Positions 25,820 to 37,875 are shown, counted from the first letter of the stretch. The stretch is DNA of 64,000 nucleotides from Eubacteriales bacterium (GCA_045544995.1 JAZQAE010000167.1:1218-65217); one strand, 5' to 3'. Notes: a model not told the origin generated them from the sequence alone. Numbers and translations are program-made.

Positions 25820-27199
25820 ATGCAATTATTGGAAAAACTTGCCTCATTATTATGGGGGCCTTGGATGATGGCGTTGATTTTAGGAACGGGGATTTATCTG
25901 ACCATCGGTACCCGTTGGCTCTCCGTCACCAAACTGCGCCGTGCCTTTCGCTCCGCTCTTCGGGGACAGCCGGGGGCAGAGGGTGACGTTTCCGGGTTCT
26001 CCGCCCTTTGCACCTCTCTGGCGGCCACCTTGGGAACCGGCAACATCATCGGCGTTGCCACCGCCATCACCGCCGGCGGGCCCGGTGCGCTCTTCTGGAT
26101 GCAGGTCGCCGCTTTTTTCGGGATGGCCACCAAGTATGCCGAAGGGTATCTGGCTGTCCGTTACCGTCGGCGAGACCCAGACGGTCGGTTTCTGGGAGGA
26201 CCCTTTTTTTACTTGGAATACGGTCTGAACCGGCCGTTCCTTGCCCGGGTCTTTGCCATCGCCTGCGTCATCACCTGTCTCATCAGTATGGGAACCACCT
26301 CTCAGATTAATGGCATCGTCATGGCGGCAGAGGACTTTTTCACACCCAACGGCGGATGTACTGCTTTTTCGATCGGTGCTTTCTCCATCTCCTGGCCGGC
26401 TTTGATCACCGGCAGTCTGACCACCCTCTTAGTGGGACTGGTTTTGACCGGCGGAATTCGCCGCATCGCTTCGGTCTCCACCTTTTTGGTGCCCTTCATG
26501 GCGGCGCTTTACGTCCTTTTGACGGTTTGGTTACTGCTTCTCCATCTTTCCGAGCTCCCTGCCGCCACTCGACTGATCCTTCATTCTGCCTTTTCTCCCC
26601 GTTCGGCGCTGGGGGCTGCCGCCGGCATCACCTTTCAAAAAGCCATGCGTTATGGTCTGGGACGGGGCATCTTTTCCAACGAAGCCGGCATGGGCTCCGA
26701 TCCCATTGCGGCGGCCGCCGCCCAAACGGATAGTCCTGTCCGGCAGGGCCTGATCTCCATGCTGGGGCCTTTCCTGGACACTGTGGTGATGTGTACCCTC
26801 ACCGGTTATGCGGTGGTTCTCACCGATGCCTGGCGGATGCCGGAGCTGAACGGCGCCGGGATCACCCTCTATGCCCTGCGTCAACTGCCCTTGCCGGATA
26901 GACTTCTTTCCTTTCTCTATATGATCTGTCTCTTTTTCTTTGGCTTTGCCTCCATCATCGGATGGAGTTTTTACGGTGAGCAAAGTCTACGCTATCTATT
27001 GCCTTGCCATGGGCGCTGTGTCTATTGGTTTCGTATCGCCTTTCTTCTTCTATTATTCATCGGTAGTTTTATGACTGCCGATGCGGTCTGGAGCCTGGCC
27101 GATATCTTCTGTGCCCTGATGGCTGTTCCCAATCTCATTGGTTTGATCGGAATGGGCTCCCAGGTCTTCCAAGGTACGGCGACTTATTTTAAAAAATAA
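25820..27199 (+). CDS. Alanine/glycine:cation symporter (AGCS family)
   Basis: GDVSGFSALCTSLAATLGTGNIIGVATAI..., FSNEAGMGSDPIAAAAAQTD. Confidence 0.85.
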   Translation: MQLLEKLASLLWGPWMMALILGTGIYLTIGTRWLSVTKLRRAFRSALRGQPGAEGDVSGFSALCTSLAATLGTGNIIGVATAITAGGPGALFWMQVAAFFGMATKYAEGYLAVRYRRRDPDGRFLGGPFFYLEYGLNRPFLARVFAIACVITCLISMGTTSQINGIVMAAEDFFTPNGGCTAFSIGAFSISWPALITGSLTTLLVGLVLTGGIRRIASVSTFLVPFMAALYVLLTVWLLLLHLSELPAATRLILHSAFSPRSALGAAAGITFQKAMRYGLGRGIFSNEAGMGSDPIAAAAAQTDSPVRQGLISMLGPFLDTVVMCTLTGYAVVLTDAWRMPELNGAGITLYALRQLPLPDRLLSFLYMICLFFFGFASIIGWSFYGEQSLRYLLPCHGRCVYWFRIAFLLLLFIGSFMTADAVWSLADIFCALMAVPNLIGLIGMGSQVFQGTATYFKK

Positions 27200-27232
27200 G
27201 GAGAAAAAGTAAAAACTCTTTCTCCTTTTATA
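27198..27232. terminator. Bidirectional terminator
   Basis: Stem aaggagaaa/tttctcctt plus a T-run, between convergent genes. Confidence 0.55.
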
Positions 27233-27234
27233 CT

Positions 27235-28287
27235 TTATTCAAAGGTAGGAACCGAATACTGACTGGATGCCATGCAGACCCAGGTATTTCCTGCGCTCAT
27301 TTTGAATTCAGACCCATCTTCATAGGTGAACTTAAAGGGTTGATCTGCGGCGCCCTTGGACCATTTGATGGCACGGAAGGTACCGTTGGTGATATAGTAT
27401 CCTTTTCCGCCTTCCATGGGAACGTTCCGATGCTCTTTATCGGGATAATCCTTAATGGGAGTCAGACAGACGATGACGTTCTTCACCTTGGTGGATTCCT
27501 TGGTGAAATACTCCGTCGGCACTTTATTCTTGAAATTCCGCTCGTAGAGACCGGTCTTTTCGTCATAAATAAAGATGGATTTAAAGTTGCCGGAGAAGGC
27601 CACGGTCACCTTTTTGGCGTCTCCGCCGGTCAGCTTCACCGTCTCGTCTTCCTTGGCAAAATTCTGCCACGGCTGTACCTGGTCCAAGGTGGTCTTGAAT
27701 TTAGAACTGATGCCTTTCCAAAGGGTCTCGCCGTGGGTATAGAGGGTATGCTCCAAAGCCAGGCCGTTTTTCAAACGTTCGCCGTAGTTCCCTTCGTGGA
27801 TATCAATGTTATCAATATCCGACAGATGAGGCCGGGCATACCGCTCATCGGTTCCCCGATAGATCAAGACGGCCCGATGACCCATTGCCAGGTCGATATA
27901 GGGATAGCGGGAGGAACGAACGGTACCGATGTTCTTAACGTTTTTAACGTCCTGGAACACCGCCATCAACCGGGTCTCACCGCCCTCGATCTCAGTCTCA
28001 TAGATGATGTCTGCTTCCGGCAGACCGGCCTGGGCGTTCTGCGCCCGGACGTCATTATTGATCATCACTGCAACGGGACGGCTGGAGGCGATCCCTTCGC
28101 TCTCGTAGCAACCGGTCAGGGGATTGAAATTACTTTCTAATTTCGTCTCTTCTTTTTGCGGGGTCTGCTGGGTGGTTTCTTGCTTTTCTTCTTCCTGTGG
28201 TTTCTTTTCCGGTTTTTTACCGCATCCGGCGCTCAGTAATAATACTGCCAATAACGCAATCGCTGTGATCTTCTTCCACATAATCAT
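27235..28287 (-). CDS. DUF3048-domain lipoprotein
   Basis: LLSAGCG lipobox and a K/E/Q-rich linker. RPVAVMINNDVRAQNAQAGLPEADIIYETEIEGGETRLMAVF is typical of DUF3048. Confidence 0.75.
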   Translation of the reverse strand: MIMWKKITAIALLAVLLLSAGCGKKPEKKPQEEEKQETTQQTPQKEETKLESNFNPLTGCYESEGIASSRPVAVMINNDVRAQNAQAGLPEADIIYETEIEGGETRLMAVFQDVKNVKNIGTVRSSRYPYIDLAMGHRAVLIYRGTDERYARPHLSDIDNIDIHEGNYGERLKNGLALEHTLYTHGETLWKGISSKFKTTLDQVQPWQNFAKEDETVKLTGGDAKKVTVAFSGNFKSIFIYDEKTGLYERNFKNKVPTEYFTKESTKVKNVIVCLTPIKDYPDKEHRNVPMEGGKGYYITNGTFRAIKWSKGAADQPFKFTYEDGSEFKMSAGNTWVCMASSQYSVPTFE

Positions 28288-28297
28288 CCCTCCGTTT

Positions 28298-29422
28298 TTA
28301 TTTTACCATATTTTTAAATTGATTTAAGGTCGTATCCCGTGCGACGAACTTTCGATAGATCATCATGGGGTTTTCTCCGGTCTCCCAGGTCTTTCCGGAC
28401 ATCAGCAGTGCAAATTGATATTCCTTTGCCACCGCTTCCCGTACCTTTGCGTTTTGCTTTCCGGTAGGATAGCACAAAACGAAAGGCTCTTTTCCGGTCA
28501 ACTTAGCCAACGTCTTTTTGGATTGGGTCAGTTCTGTTTCCAGTTCCTCGGCGTTCAGATCCGGCAGCATACTGTGGGTAACGGTATGGCTTTGGAAAGA
28601 AACCAAGCCGCTCTTTGCCATCTCTTTGATCTGGGCTTCGGTGAGGTACTTATCCTCTCCGATACTGCCGGTGATCATAAAGACGGTGGCTTTTACGTTA
28701 TATTTCTTCAAGAGCGGAAACAGTTCGGTATAATTATCCTCATATCCGTCGTCGAAGGTCAAAATGATGGGTTTTTTAATTTTGTCTAACTTAGTGAGGT
28801 CTTCAAACCAGATGGGGGTATATTCGTTTTCGGTCAGCCATTTCAACTGCTCTTCCATCCGTGCGGGAGAGACAAACAAGGATTCAATTCCCCAAAGGTC
28901 ATCGCTTACCGCATGATACATCATGACGGGAACTTCAACGCCCTCCGGAACCGTCTCCGGTTCCGGCTCTTCGCCATAGTAGTAGACCTGACTGCGACTA
29001 TAGTCCTGGGTTACCGTCAGGCCGAAATAATCCGTCAAGGCTTCCACCGGACAGTAAAAGGTCTTGCCGTCATAAAGACTGCCTTTATAATAATAGATCG
29101 CTTCCGTGGTCTGCGCTCCTTTATAGGAGGTAAACGAGTAAGTTTTTTCCCCGATGGTCATTACCGCCTGGTGCTCTTCCATTCCTTCAAAGACCTCGAC
29201 GGTTCCGCCAAAAGCATTGGCCATGGCGGCGGCTTCCAGATAAAAAAGTCCTTTTTGCTGATAGACCGGTTCCACCTGGGTTCCATTCAGATAAATGATC
29301 CGTTCCGAAATTTCCGGTGTGGGATCCAATGTCATCTCCAGCGGTTTTGGATCTGCTTTCTTACAACCGCCGAGAAGGACCGCAAGGATCAGCAGTCCTG
29401 CGATCAGCCCTTTTCTTCTCAT
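28298..29422 (-). CDS. Polysaccharide deacetylase (CE4) family lipoprotein
   Basis: LGGCKK lipobox. The NodB-type motifs are ILTFDDGYEDNY, ATVFMITGSIG and SFQSHTVTH. Confidence 0.8.
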   Translation of the reverse strand: MRRKGLIAGLLILAVLLGGCKKADPKPLEMTLDPTPEISERIIYLNGTQVEPVYQQKGLFYLEAAAMANAFGGTVEVFEGMEEHQAVMTIGEKTYSFTSYKGAQTTEAIYYYKGSLYDGKTFYCPVEALTDYFGLTVTQDYSRSQVYYYGEEPEPETVPEGVEVPVMMYHAVSDDLWGIESLFVSPARMEEQLKWLTENEYTPIWFEDLTKLDKIKKPIILTFDDGYEDNYTELFPLLKKYNVKATVFMITGSIGEDKYLTEAQIKEMAKSGLVSFQSHTVTHSMLPDLNAEELETELTQSKKTLAKLTGKEPFVLCYPTGKQNAKVREAVAKEYQFALLMSGKTWETGENPMMIYRKFVARDTTLNQFKNMVK

Positions 29423-29444
29423 TCTTTTTAAAATCCTTTCCTAC

Positions 29445-29480
29445 GGAAAAGTCTCCGGTGCATGGGCACCGGAGACTTTG
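29445..29480 (-). terminator. Intrinsic terminator after the SLH-protein gene
   Basis: A 14-bp stem aaagtctccggtgc/gcaccggagacttt, followed by a T-run on the minus strand. Confidence 0.8.
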
Positions 29481-29484
29481 GTTC

Positions 29485-32400
29485 TTATTTCATACCGCAG
29501 AGGAATCTGCCCACAATTGCAGCTACCTCATTCCGGGTGATCATATTTGCAGGGTTGATCTGTTTATTGGGATCCCCTTTGATGATTCCATCGAAGATGG
29601 CGGAATAGACGTAAGGAATAGCCCACTCTTCGAGCTTATCCAGATCCTTAAACTCGACTTCTTCTACAAACTTATCAATAGCTTCCTGATTCTCATTATA
29701 ATACTTCTCGGCGTCGCCGGTAGCGGCGTTCATGAAAACTTTCAGGAACTCAGCCCGGGAAGCATTATTCTGACCGCTGAAGTTATAACCTACAACCGTC
29801 TCGCCTTCCAGGATCTCATAACCGTTGATCATGCCGTACTTATAAGCAGCCTTGACGTAATCGGCAGCCCAAGCAGGGATCTGATCTGCATCCAGGAAGT
29901 TGAGGCTCAGCTTACTGTAGAGATCTTTATTGATACCGGCCATACGAACCAGCATCGTCACCATCTCAAAACGGGTCAGATTGTTGGCACCGTTGAATTT
30001 ACCGTGCTCGTCGCCCTTCATGATGGCCATACCGGAGGTACCCAGAGCCTTGACGTAGTCTTTGGCCCATTCTACAGGCTTATCGCTGAAGGTATAGTAC
30101 TTCGCAGACTTGATCTCTACGAGATAGGGCTTCACTTCGCCGTTCTTGACCGCTTCCACGTAAAGACGGGTCAGACCGGAATCCAAAGTGATAATTTGAT
30201 CATTCTGGGTCAGCAGGGAGGCTTTGTTATCGGTATAGATGCGAACTCTATAACCATTCAAGCCATCCACCAAGAAACGATACTGAGCAGTACCGGCAGG
30301 CAGTTCCACGGTTACGCTCTCTTTGCCGAAGGAAGTGGCACCGGTCACCTGGATCACGCCGTTTCCTGCGAAGGGCAGGTATTCCACACCGGCCTCGGTG
30401 GCGGTCTTCGTGGTAACGATCACCACCTGCTTCACAACGGAAGTGGTGCCGTTTTCGGCCGTCACCTTTACCCAGACGTTGGTGGTCTTTTCGGTCAAGG
30501 TCAGATTTGCACCGGCCAATTTCTTGGTGCAGGCGGCATCGGAGTAATAAGCGATGGTTGCGCCATCTGCATAGTTATAATCTGCGCTGATGGTGAACTT
30601 ATCCTTTGCGATAGATGCCGTGTAGACCGTCTTTGCTTCGTTGGCTTTTGCGCCCTCGATGCCGTTGATCTTGGCAATGGCCCGTGCGGGACGATCAAAG
30701 ATCAAGGTATATTTTTCAGTATTCTTCTGGTTCTGTGCCGTCACGGTAGCAGTATAGGTACTCTTACCGACGGGAAGCTCTTTCAAGCTATAAGAATCGT
30801 TATTTGCAGTAAGGGGAGCGCCATAGACGTGATCCACAACCTGAACCGTCGCAAACTCGGAGAGATCCAGACGGAAGGTGGTATCCACATTGATTGCATT
30901 TAAGTTGATATTCCAGGTGTTTCCGTTCGTGCTGGTTGTACCATCCGTCGGCACTACCACCAATTGAGTCCGTTCGTTCAAGTTCCGGAAGAGGCTCATG
31001 GTATATCTCTCCACGCCTTCCGTGGGACTGGTAACTACCACGTCATAAGCATAGACCGTTGCAACTTCGGTCAAGGGGATCTCAAAGTAATTGGTACCCT
31101 TGGCTTCCACAGGATTGCCTTCAGCATCGGTGAGGGTTGCCACCGCATCTGTCGGCACATCCAAGGCGAATTTGAAGACTTTATGCTCAAAGTTTACTTT
31201 ATAGTTGAAGTAATCAACCGTCGTATCCTGTTCTTCGGTCTTGGACAGAGCATCCACGATACCCTTCAACTCCGCACTCATTCTCATAGCACGATTGAGG
31301 GTTACTTTATAATCCTTAGACGATCTGCCGTCGATGGAAAGAACGGAGAGTACGTAGTAATTTTCGCGATCTTCTGTACTCAGTTTAAACTCTTTTCCGT
31401 CATAAAGAACCTGCTCTTCGCCTTTATTGAAGAACTTATCGGCCTTATAGGCCTTTATCGTGTTGACGGCAAGATCTTTCTCATTCAAAGTGGAATAAGT
31501 GGATTCGTCGCACTTCATGGTCACGGAATAGGAGTGATCGCTTGCAGGACGATTTTCAAGGATATCACCGGATGCCAAAGCGTCGTTGATATAGATCTTG
31601 GATTCGTTGATATAATTGGATTTCTGCTTGGGATCGTCGTTATTTCCCTGAGGATCGTACTTCAACCAGACCCATTTATCATAGTTGTTTACGGAAAGTC
31701 CCTCAGCGGGAGTGGTGAGCGCATTATTGATAATAACGCCTTCCATCGTCTTCGTGGGATCATAGACGCAAACATCAGTTGCCGCATCATAGGGAAGATC
31801 GGTATAAAGGTTGCCCTTATTTTCGATCAAGGTCTTTTCGCTGGTGTTAGTACCGATATCAATAAGCTTCCAGTACTCTTTGGAGAAAATATTATTCTCA
31901 ATAGAAAGGTTCCGATCACTCAGTTCGTAATCTGCCGTAGAGGTATAGGAAATATTATTTACGGCATCTGCACGGGAGACCTGCCCGGTGGCACTGATAT
32001 AGTTATAATTAATGGTAATGGGAGGACGATGCTGACCGTCATTAACGGGATTGGTAGAGATCATCACGTTATCATGGAACTTGATCATCTCATCGCTACT
32101 GGCCATATAGAAGAGGAACGGACTGGCACTGCTGCCCAAGTCACCGGTCGTCTTCATCATCGTGGCATTACAGAAGGTATTGTTGCTGATATCATAGTGG
32201 TAAGGCTCAGTGTCACTACCGGAGTCTGCTCTGGAGGTATAGGTATAGACGAAACGTCCGATATAATTTGCTTTCAGTTTGCTGGTGGCAAACTCAGGAC
32301 TGTTCCAGACGTGGCAGTTGGTCATGGCGAAATCCATACCGACCCACTGCATGGTCATGACGTTATAAACGAAGTCCTGTACGCACTGCTGATAAGAAAC

Positions 32401-33303
32401 ACCGTTGAAATGCAGTTTCGTAGCATGACCGGAATAGAAACCGGGTGTAGGAGCATTAGAATCATTTCCGGTGATGTAGGAATTGCTCATATGGAACTGC
32501 TTTTTCACCGTTGTTGAGGCCCCACGGCCCCACAGACGAACCGGCGTCATATCATAGGCAGAGTTATCGTTCATAATAACGTTCTGCAGATAATAGGAAC
32601 GGACACCGGATCCGGCGCCGGTATCCACAAAGGAAGCACCGTAGCCCTGGAAAACCAGACCGTCAATAATATAGTTGCTTTCCGCCTCTGTAGGTACAGC
32701 AACAGAGAAAAGACTCAACTCATTTCCGTCTTCTCTTTTGGTCAGACAGGTTCCTACACCGGCCCAGATCCGGGTCTCGCCCTGGTTATCTTCGCTGTTC
32801 ATCTCCGGCAAAGAACGCTCCGGGCTCAGCTTCCATTCGTTGGCAGGATTGCTGTCGGGAACGTTGGGGTTGATACCGGCCTTTGCACCCAAAAGAATGA
32901 CACTGCCGGTCAAAACGATGCCTTTGGTATAGTTGCCTGCCGTCAAAATACAGACAGGAACTTTCACTCTCTGCTCGGCCGCTTTGGCATACATATCTGC
33001 GACCGTCGCCAGATGGCGGTTCGGATCATATGTTTCGGTGATGGCATTGCCACGGAAAGCATAGGTAACCTCTTTGGGTTTTTCCTCTCCGGGTTCAAAT
33101 GCCCACTCTTCATTTACGACGTAAACGCCCTTTTTCGCTTGGTTTTCTTTACCAACGTAGGAGTCATAGTCGATCTCTTTGTACTCTTTGGTGGTGGCAG
33201 CTTCATCGTACTGATACTGCGCGGTAGCGATCACAGTCGTCATGGAAACGACCATTAATACCGCAAGGATCAGACTCAGCAACCGAGTCATCTTGTTTGC
33301 CAT
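29485..33303 (-). CDS. Large cell-surface protein: signal peptide, beta-helix-like region, repeated Ig/cadherin-like beta-sandwich modules, three C-terminal SLH domains
   Basis: 1272 aa. The C-terminus carries SLH-type repeats (FSDKPVEWAKDYVKALGTSGMAIMKGD.., FLDADQIPAWAADYVKAAYKYGMINGY.., FKDLDKLEEWAIPYVYSAIFDGIIKGD..). Confidence 0.8.
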   Translation of the reverse strand: MANKMTRLLSLILAVLMVVSMTTVIATAQYQYDEAATTKEYKEIDYDSYVGKENQAKKGVYVVNEEWAFEPGEEKPKEVTYAFRGNAITETYDPNRHLATVADMYAKAAEQRVKVPVCILTAGNYTKGIVLTGSVILLGAKAGINPNVPDSNPANEWKLSPERSLPEMNSEDNQGETRIWAGVGTCLTKREDGNELSLFSVAVPTEAESNYIIDGLVFQGYGASFVDTGAGSGVRSYYLQNVIMNDNSAYDMTPVRLWGRGASTTVKKQFHMSNSYITGNDSNAPTPGFYSGHATKLHFNGVSYQQCVQDFVYNVMTMQWVGMDFAMTNCHVWNSPEFATSKLKANYIGRFVYTYTSRADSGSDTEPYHYDISNNTFCNATMMKTTGDLGSSASPFLFYMASSDEMIKFHDNVMISTNPVNDGQHRPPITINYNYISATGQVSRADAVNNISYTSTADYELSDRNLSIENNIFSKEYWKLIDIGTNTSEKTLIENKGNLYTDLPYDAATDVCVYDPTKTMEGVIINNALTTPAEGLSVNNYDKWVWLKYDPQGNNDDPKQKSNYINESKIYINDALASGDILENRPASDHSYSVTMKCDESTYSTLNEKDLAVNTIKAYKADKFFNKGEEQVLYDGKEFKLSTEDRENYYVLSVLSIDGRSSKDYKVTLNRAMRMSAELKGIVDALSKTEEQDTTVDYFNYKVNFEHKVFKFALDVPTDAVATLTDAEGNPVEAKGTNYFEIPLTEVATVYAYDVVVTSPTEGVERYTMSLFRNLNERTQLVVVPTDGTTSTNGNTWNINLNAINVDTTFRLDLSEFATVQVVDHVYGAPLTANNDSYSLKELPVGKSTYTATVTAQNQKNTEKYTLIFDRPARAIAKINGIEGAKANEAKTVYTASIAKDKFTISADYNYADGATIAYYSDAACTKKLAGANLTLTEKTTNVWVKVTAENGTTSVVKQVVIVTTKTATEAGVEYLPFAGNGVIQVTGATSFGKESVTVELPAGTAQYRFLVDGLNGYRVRIYTDNKASLLTQNDQIITLDSGLTRLYVEAVKNGEVKPYLVEIKSAKYYTFSDKPVEWAKDYVKALGTSGMAIMKGDEHGKFNGANNLTRFEMVTMLVRMAGINKDLYSKLSLNFLDADQIPAWAADYVKAAYKYGMINGYEILEGETVVGYNFSGQNNASRAEFLKVFMNAATGDAEKYYNENQEAIDKFVEEVEFKDLDKLEEWAIPYVYSAIFDGIIKGDPNKQINPANMITRNEVAAIVGRFLCGMK

Positions 33304-33423
33304 ATCTTTGTCCTCCCTTTAGAAAAGATATTGATAGATACTAAAATTATAGCAAATGACCTGTTAATTAGACAGAACCTTATGTTGCTTTTATTAAACA
33401 ATTTGTGACAATTGGTTTAAAAA

Positions 33424-35910
33424 TCAATTGTCTGCGGTTTCTTCCTCGGAAACCTCTTCTTCTTCCCGAGCCGCACCGGCGATGTCGATCACCTTAACGC
33501 CCTCGCCGAGACGGACCACACGGACACCCTGCGTGGAACGGCTGAGGAGGGAGATTTCCTCCACCTGCGTCCGCATGATGATGCCGCCGCTGGTCACCAA
33601 AAGGAGATCTTCTCCCTCTTCCACCATCCGGATGGCGGCGACCTTACCGGTCTTTTCAGTAATATTATAATTGGAGATCCCCTTACCGCCACGGTTCTGC
33701 AACCGATATTCTTTGGTGGCGGTACGTTTGCCGTAGCCGTTTTCGGTGATGGTCAGGAGAGCGGCACCTTCCCGTTCGACGACCATGCCGACGAGATAAT
33801 CCTCTTCGGCGATGCGGATCCCCCGTACACCGCGGGTGACACGGCCCATAGAACGCACGTCCCCTTCCGCAAAGCGGATGGCCTTACCCTCATGGGTTGC
33901 CAAGAGGATGCTGTCGCCATCTTTCACAAAGACCACGTCCATCAGATCGTCGCCCTCATCCAGGACGATGGCGATCACACCGGATTTCCGGATATTTGCA
34001 TAGTGGGAAAGGGGCGTCTTTTTGACGGTACCGTTGCGGGTAGCCATCACCAGATAACCCTCATCCTCAAAGTTTTCCACTCGAATCATGGCGTTGACCC
34101 GTTCCTCACTCATAAGAGGCAGGATATTGACCACGTTGGTTCCCTTTGCAGTACGGGAACTCTCCGGCACTTCATAGCCTTTGAGCTTATAGACCCTTCC
34201 CATGGTGGTGAAGAACAAGATGGTATCGTGGGTAGAGGCGGCAAAGAGATCCTTCACCACGTCCTCTTCTTTGGTCTTCATCCCGGTGATACCACGTCCG
34301 CCACGGTGCTGGGCCTTATAGGTGCCCACCAGCTGACGCTTGATGTAGCCGGCCTCGGTCATGGTAAAGATGCAATCCTCCACAGGGATCAGATCCTCAT
34401 CCTCCAGACCGATCTCACCGTTTCCAATCTCAGTCCGACGGGCATCGCCGAATTTCCGGGCGATTTCCAGAAGGTCGGTCTTCAGGATCTCCACCACCCG
34501 ATGATCGTGGGCCAGAATATCCTTCAGATCGGCAATCTTTGCGGTGATTTCTTTATATTCGTTTTCCAGTTTTTCACGTTCCAGACCAGAGAGCTGACCC
34601 AGACGCATCTCCACGATGGCCTGCGCCTGAATCTCATCCAGATCGAAGCGATTCATCAATTTTTCCTTGGCGTCGGCAATATGCTTACTGCCGCGGATGA
34701 TGGCGATGACTTCATCAATATGGTCGATGGCCTTCAAAAGACCGGCCAAAATATGGGCTCTGGCCTCTGCCTTTTTAATTTCATAAGCAGTCCGGCGGCG
34801 GATGACCTCTTTTTGATGGAGGAGATACTGCTCCAGCATCTGCTTGAGGGTCAGGATCTTCGGCTCGCCGTTGACGAGCGCCAACATAATGACCGAGCAG
34901 GTGACCTGCATATCGGTATATTTGTAAAGCTGATTTAAAATAACCTGAGGATTGGCTTCCTTTTTCAGCTCCACGACGAAGCGCAAGCCGTCCTTATCCG
35001 ACTCATCACGGATATCGGAGATGCCGGAGATCCGGTCGGTCTTGACCTCTTCGGCGATCTTTTCAATCAAAGCCGCCTTACGAATCATATAGGGAATTTC
35101 ATTGACGACGATCTTATAACGGCCGTCCTTCCATTCCTCGATCTCCGCCCGGGCACGGACGTAGATCTTGCCGCGGCCGGTCCGATAGGCGTTACGGATG
35201 CCGGTCCGGCCCATGATGATAGCACCGGTGGGAAAATCCGGACCTTTGATGTACTCACAAAGTTCATCCACGTCCATCTCCGGGTTATCCAAGAGAGCCA
35301 CGGCGCCGTCCACGACCTCACGGAGGTTATGGGGCGGAATATCCGTCGCCATACCGACGGCGATACCGGAAGAACCGTTCACCAACAGGTTGGGGTACCG
35401 GGCAGGAAGCACACGGGGCTCTTTCCGGGTCTCATCGAAGTTGGGATCCCAGTCGATGGTATCTTTTTCAATATCTTTGAGCATCTCATTGGAGATCTTG
35501 CTCATTCTGGCTTCGGTATACCGGTAAGCAGCCGCCGGGTCGCCGTCGATGGAACCGAAGTTTCCGTGGCCGTCTACCAAAGGATAACGCAGGGAGAAGG
35601 GCTGAGCCAGACGAACCAAGGCATCGTAAACAGAGGCGTCACCATGGGGATGGTACCGACCGAGCACGTCACCGACGCAGGTGGCGGACTTCCGGAAGGG
35701 TTTATCGCTGGTGAGATTATCCTCATACATTGCATAAAGAATTCTGCGGTGAACGGGCTTTAAGCCGTCCCGCACGTCGGGAAGCGCACGTCCCACGATA
35801 ACCGACATCGCATAGTCGATATAGGATGTCTTCATTTCTTTTTCCAGGTCCACGGGAACGATGACCTGATTTTCATAACTACTGGTATCAAACTGATCGT
35901 ATTTAGCCAT
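33424..35910 (-). CDS. gyrA: DNA gyrase subunit A
   Basis: [22 protein letters not shown] (active-site Tyr region), and C-terminal beta-pinwheel repeats. Confidence 0.98.
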   Translation of the reverse strand: MAKYDQFDTSSYENQVIVPVDLEKEMKTSYIDYAMSVIVGRALPDVRDGLKPVHRRILYAMYEDNLTSDKPFRKSATCVGDVLGRYHPHGDASVYDALVRLAQPFSLRYPLVDGHGNFGSIDGDPAAAYRYTEARMSKISNEMLKDIEKDTIDWDPNFDETRKEPRVLPARYPNLLVNGSSGIAVGMATDIPPHNLREVVDGAVALLDNPEMDVDELCEYIKGPDFPTGAIIMGRTGIRNAYRTGRGKIYVRARAEIEEWKDGRYKIVVNEIPYMIRKAALIEKIAEEVKTDRISGISDIRDESDKDGLRFVVELKKEANPQVILNQLYKYTDMQVTCSVIMLALVNGEPKILTLKQMLEQYLLHQKEVIRRRTAYEIKKAEARAHILAGLLKAIDHIDEVIAIIRGSKHIADAKEKLMNRFDLDEIQAQAIVEMRLGQLSGLEREKLENEYKEITAKIADLKDILAHDHRVVEILKTDLLEIARKFGDARRTEIGNGEIGLEDEDLIPVEDCIFTMTEAGYIKRQLVGTYKAQHRGGRGITGMKTKEEDVVKDLFAASTHDTILFFTTMGRVYKLKGYEVPESSRTAKGTNVVNILPLMSEERVNAMIRVENFEDEGYLVMATRNGTVKKTPLSHYANIRKSGVIAIVLDEGDDLMDVVFVKDGDSILLATHEGKAIRFAEGDVRSMGRVTRGVRGIRIAEEDYLVGMVVEREGAALLTITENGYGKRTATKEYRLQNRGGKGISNYNITEKTGKVAAIRMVEEGEDLLLVTSGGIIMRTQVEEISLLSRSTQGVRVVRLGEGVKVIDIAGAAREEEEVSEEETADN

Positions 35911-35924
35911 TTTCGTGCACCTCC

Positions 35925-37859
35925 TTATACGTCAAGATTCATCACGTACTTGGCATTTTCTTCGATAAATGCCTTTCTGGGTTCGACCTTTTCACCCATC
36001 AGGATGGAGAAGGTCTCGTCGGCGGCAATAGCGTCGCCCAAAGTGAACTGTTTCAAGGTACGGGTCTCGGGATCCATGGTGGTGGCCCAAAGCTCTTTGG
36101 CATCCATCTCACCAAGACCCTTATTCCGGCTGATCTCTACCTTACCCTTGCCGTCCTCTCCCCGCAGTTCTGCAGAGATCTGATCTCTTTCGGCATCGGA
36201 ATAGGCGTACCGGGTCTCTTTTCCCTTGACCAACTTATAGAGAGGAGGAACCGCCGTATAGACGTAACCACCCTCGATCAAGGGGCGCATGAAGCGGAAG
36301 AAGAAGGTCAAAAGCAGGGTTCTGATATGCGCACCGTCCACGTCCGCATCCGCCATGATAATGACTTTGCCGTATCGGAGCTTTTCAATATCGAAATCAG
36401 CACCGATATTGGTACCTAAAGCGGCGATGACCGGATTTAATTTATCATTATTATAAACCTTATCCAAACGGGATTTTTCCACGTTCAGCATCTTACCCCA
36501 AAGGGAAAGGATCGCCTGGAACCGACGGTCCCGTCCGTCCTTGGCGGAGCCGCCTGCAGAATCTCCCTCTACGATATAGATCTCAGTATATTTAGTATCC
36601 TTGCTCTGGCAGTCTGCCAGCTTACCGGGCAGGGAAAGAGAGGTGGAAAGGGCGCTCTTCCGGGCGCTCTCTCTGGCCTTTCTTGCCGCCTCTCTGGCCT
36701 GAGAAGCGGATACCGCCTTACTAATGATGGTCTTGGCCGTCTTGGGATTCTCTTCAAAGAATTCGTTGAGCTTTTCGGTAATGATATTGCTGACCAGACC
36801 GTGAACCTCACTATTTCCAAGCTTGGTCTTGGTCTGACCCTCAAACTGGGCCTCTTCCACCTTGACGCTGATGATGACCGTCAAGCCCTCACGCACGTCC
36901 TCGCTGGAGAGATTGGCATCCTTTTCTTTGAGGTAGCCGTGCTTTCTGGCATAGTTATTGATGACACGGGTCATGGCACTCTTAAAACCGGTCTCATGAG
37001 TACCGCCCTCGGTGGTATTGATATCGTTGGCAAAGGAGATGAGGGTCTCATCATAACGGGTGGTATACTGCATGGCGATCTCCGCCATGGAAGTATTCTT
37101 GGTACCGCTTACGTAGATGATCTCTTCATGAAGAGGCTCCTTGCTCTTATTGAGATAGGTCACAAATTCCTTGATACCGCCCTCATAATGAAGGTTCTTT
37201 TTCTTTTCCTGACCCTCTCTGAGATCCTCAAATTCGATGCGGAGACCTGCATTTAGGAAGGCCTGCTCCCGCAGTCTCTTCAAGAGCACGTCGAATTCAT
37301 ATTCCAAGGTCTCAAAGATCTGGTCATCCGCCAAAAACCGAACGGTTGTTCCCGTCCGATCGGTGGTGCCGATCTTTTTCAAGGTACCGCCGGAATGACC
37401 GCGCTCATATTTTTGATAATAGATCTCGCCGGCAGAATGGACTTCTACCTCCAACCACTCGGAAAGAGCGTTTACAACAGACGCACCTACGCCGTGCAGA
37501 CCGCCGGAGACCTTATATCCGCCGCCGCCGAACTTACCGCCGGCATGCAGAACGGTAAAGACGACCTCCACCGTCGGGATCCCCATCTTAGGATGGATTC
37601 CCACCGGGATACCACGGCCGTTATCCTGCACTTCAATAATATTGCCGGGCAGGATCTTAACCTTGATGGTATCGCAATATCCGGCCAGCGCCTCATCAAT
37701 AGAGTTATCCACGATCTCATAAACGAGATGGTGGAGACCCCGAATGGAGGTGGAGCCGATATACATACCCGGTCTCTTACGTACTGCTTCCAGACCCTCC
37801 AATACCTGAATCGAAGACTCGTCGTATTGGTTGGTTACTTTTTGCTGATCCATTTTCAT
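35925..37859 (-). CDS. gyrB: DNA gyrase subunit B
   Basis: [41 protein letters not shown] and PLRGKILNVEK-like motifs. Confidence 0.98.
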   Translation of the reverse strand: MKMDQQKVTNQYDESSIQVLEGLEAVRKRPGMYIGSTSIRGLHHLVYEIVDNSIDEALAGYCDTIKVKILPGNIIEVQDNGRGIPVGIHPKMGIPTVEVVFTVLHAGGKFGGGGYKVSGGLHGVGASVVNALSEWLEVEVHSAGEIYYQKYERGHSGGTLKKIGTTDRTGTTVRFLADDQIFETLEYEFDVLLKRLREQAFLNAGLRIEFEDLREGQEKKKNLHYEGGIKEFVTYLNKSKEPLHEEIIYVSGTKNTSMAEIAMQYTTRYDETLISFANDINTTEGGTHETGFKSAMTRVINNYARKHGYLKEKDANLSSEDVREGLTVIISVKVEEAQFEGQTKTKLGNSEVHGLVSNIITEKLNEFFEENPKTAKTIISKAVSASQAREAARKARESARKSALSTSLSLPGKLADCQSKDTKYTEIYIVEGDSAGGSAKDGRDRRFQAILSLWGKMLNVEKSRLDKVYNNDKLNPVIAALGTNIGADFDIEKLRYGKVIIMADADVDGAHIRTLLLTFFFRFMRPLIEGGYVYTAVPPLYKLVKGKETRYAYSDAERDQISAELRGEDGKGKVEISRNKGLGEMDAKELWATTMDPETRTLKQFTLGDAIAADETFSILMGEKVEPRKAFIEENAKYVMNLDV

Positions 37860-37875
37860 ACTCCGTTTCTATAGA

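Noticed and set aside
29317-32517. Two long plus-strand ORFs (528 and 517 aa), antisense to the SLH-protein gene.
   Set aside because: They are shadow frames of a 1272-aa gene with clear signal peptide and SLH repeats. Their translations are Gly/Ile/His-rich nonsense with no start context.
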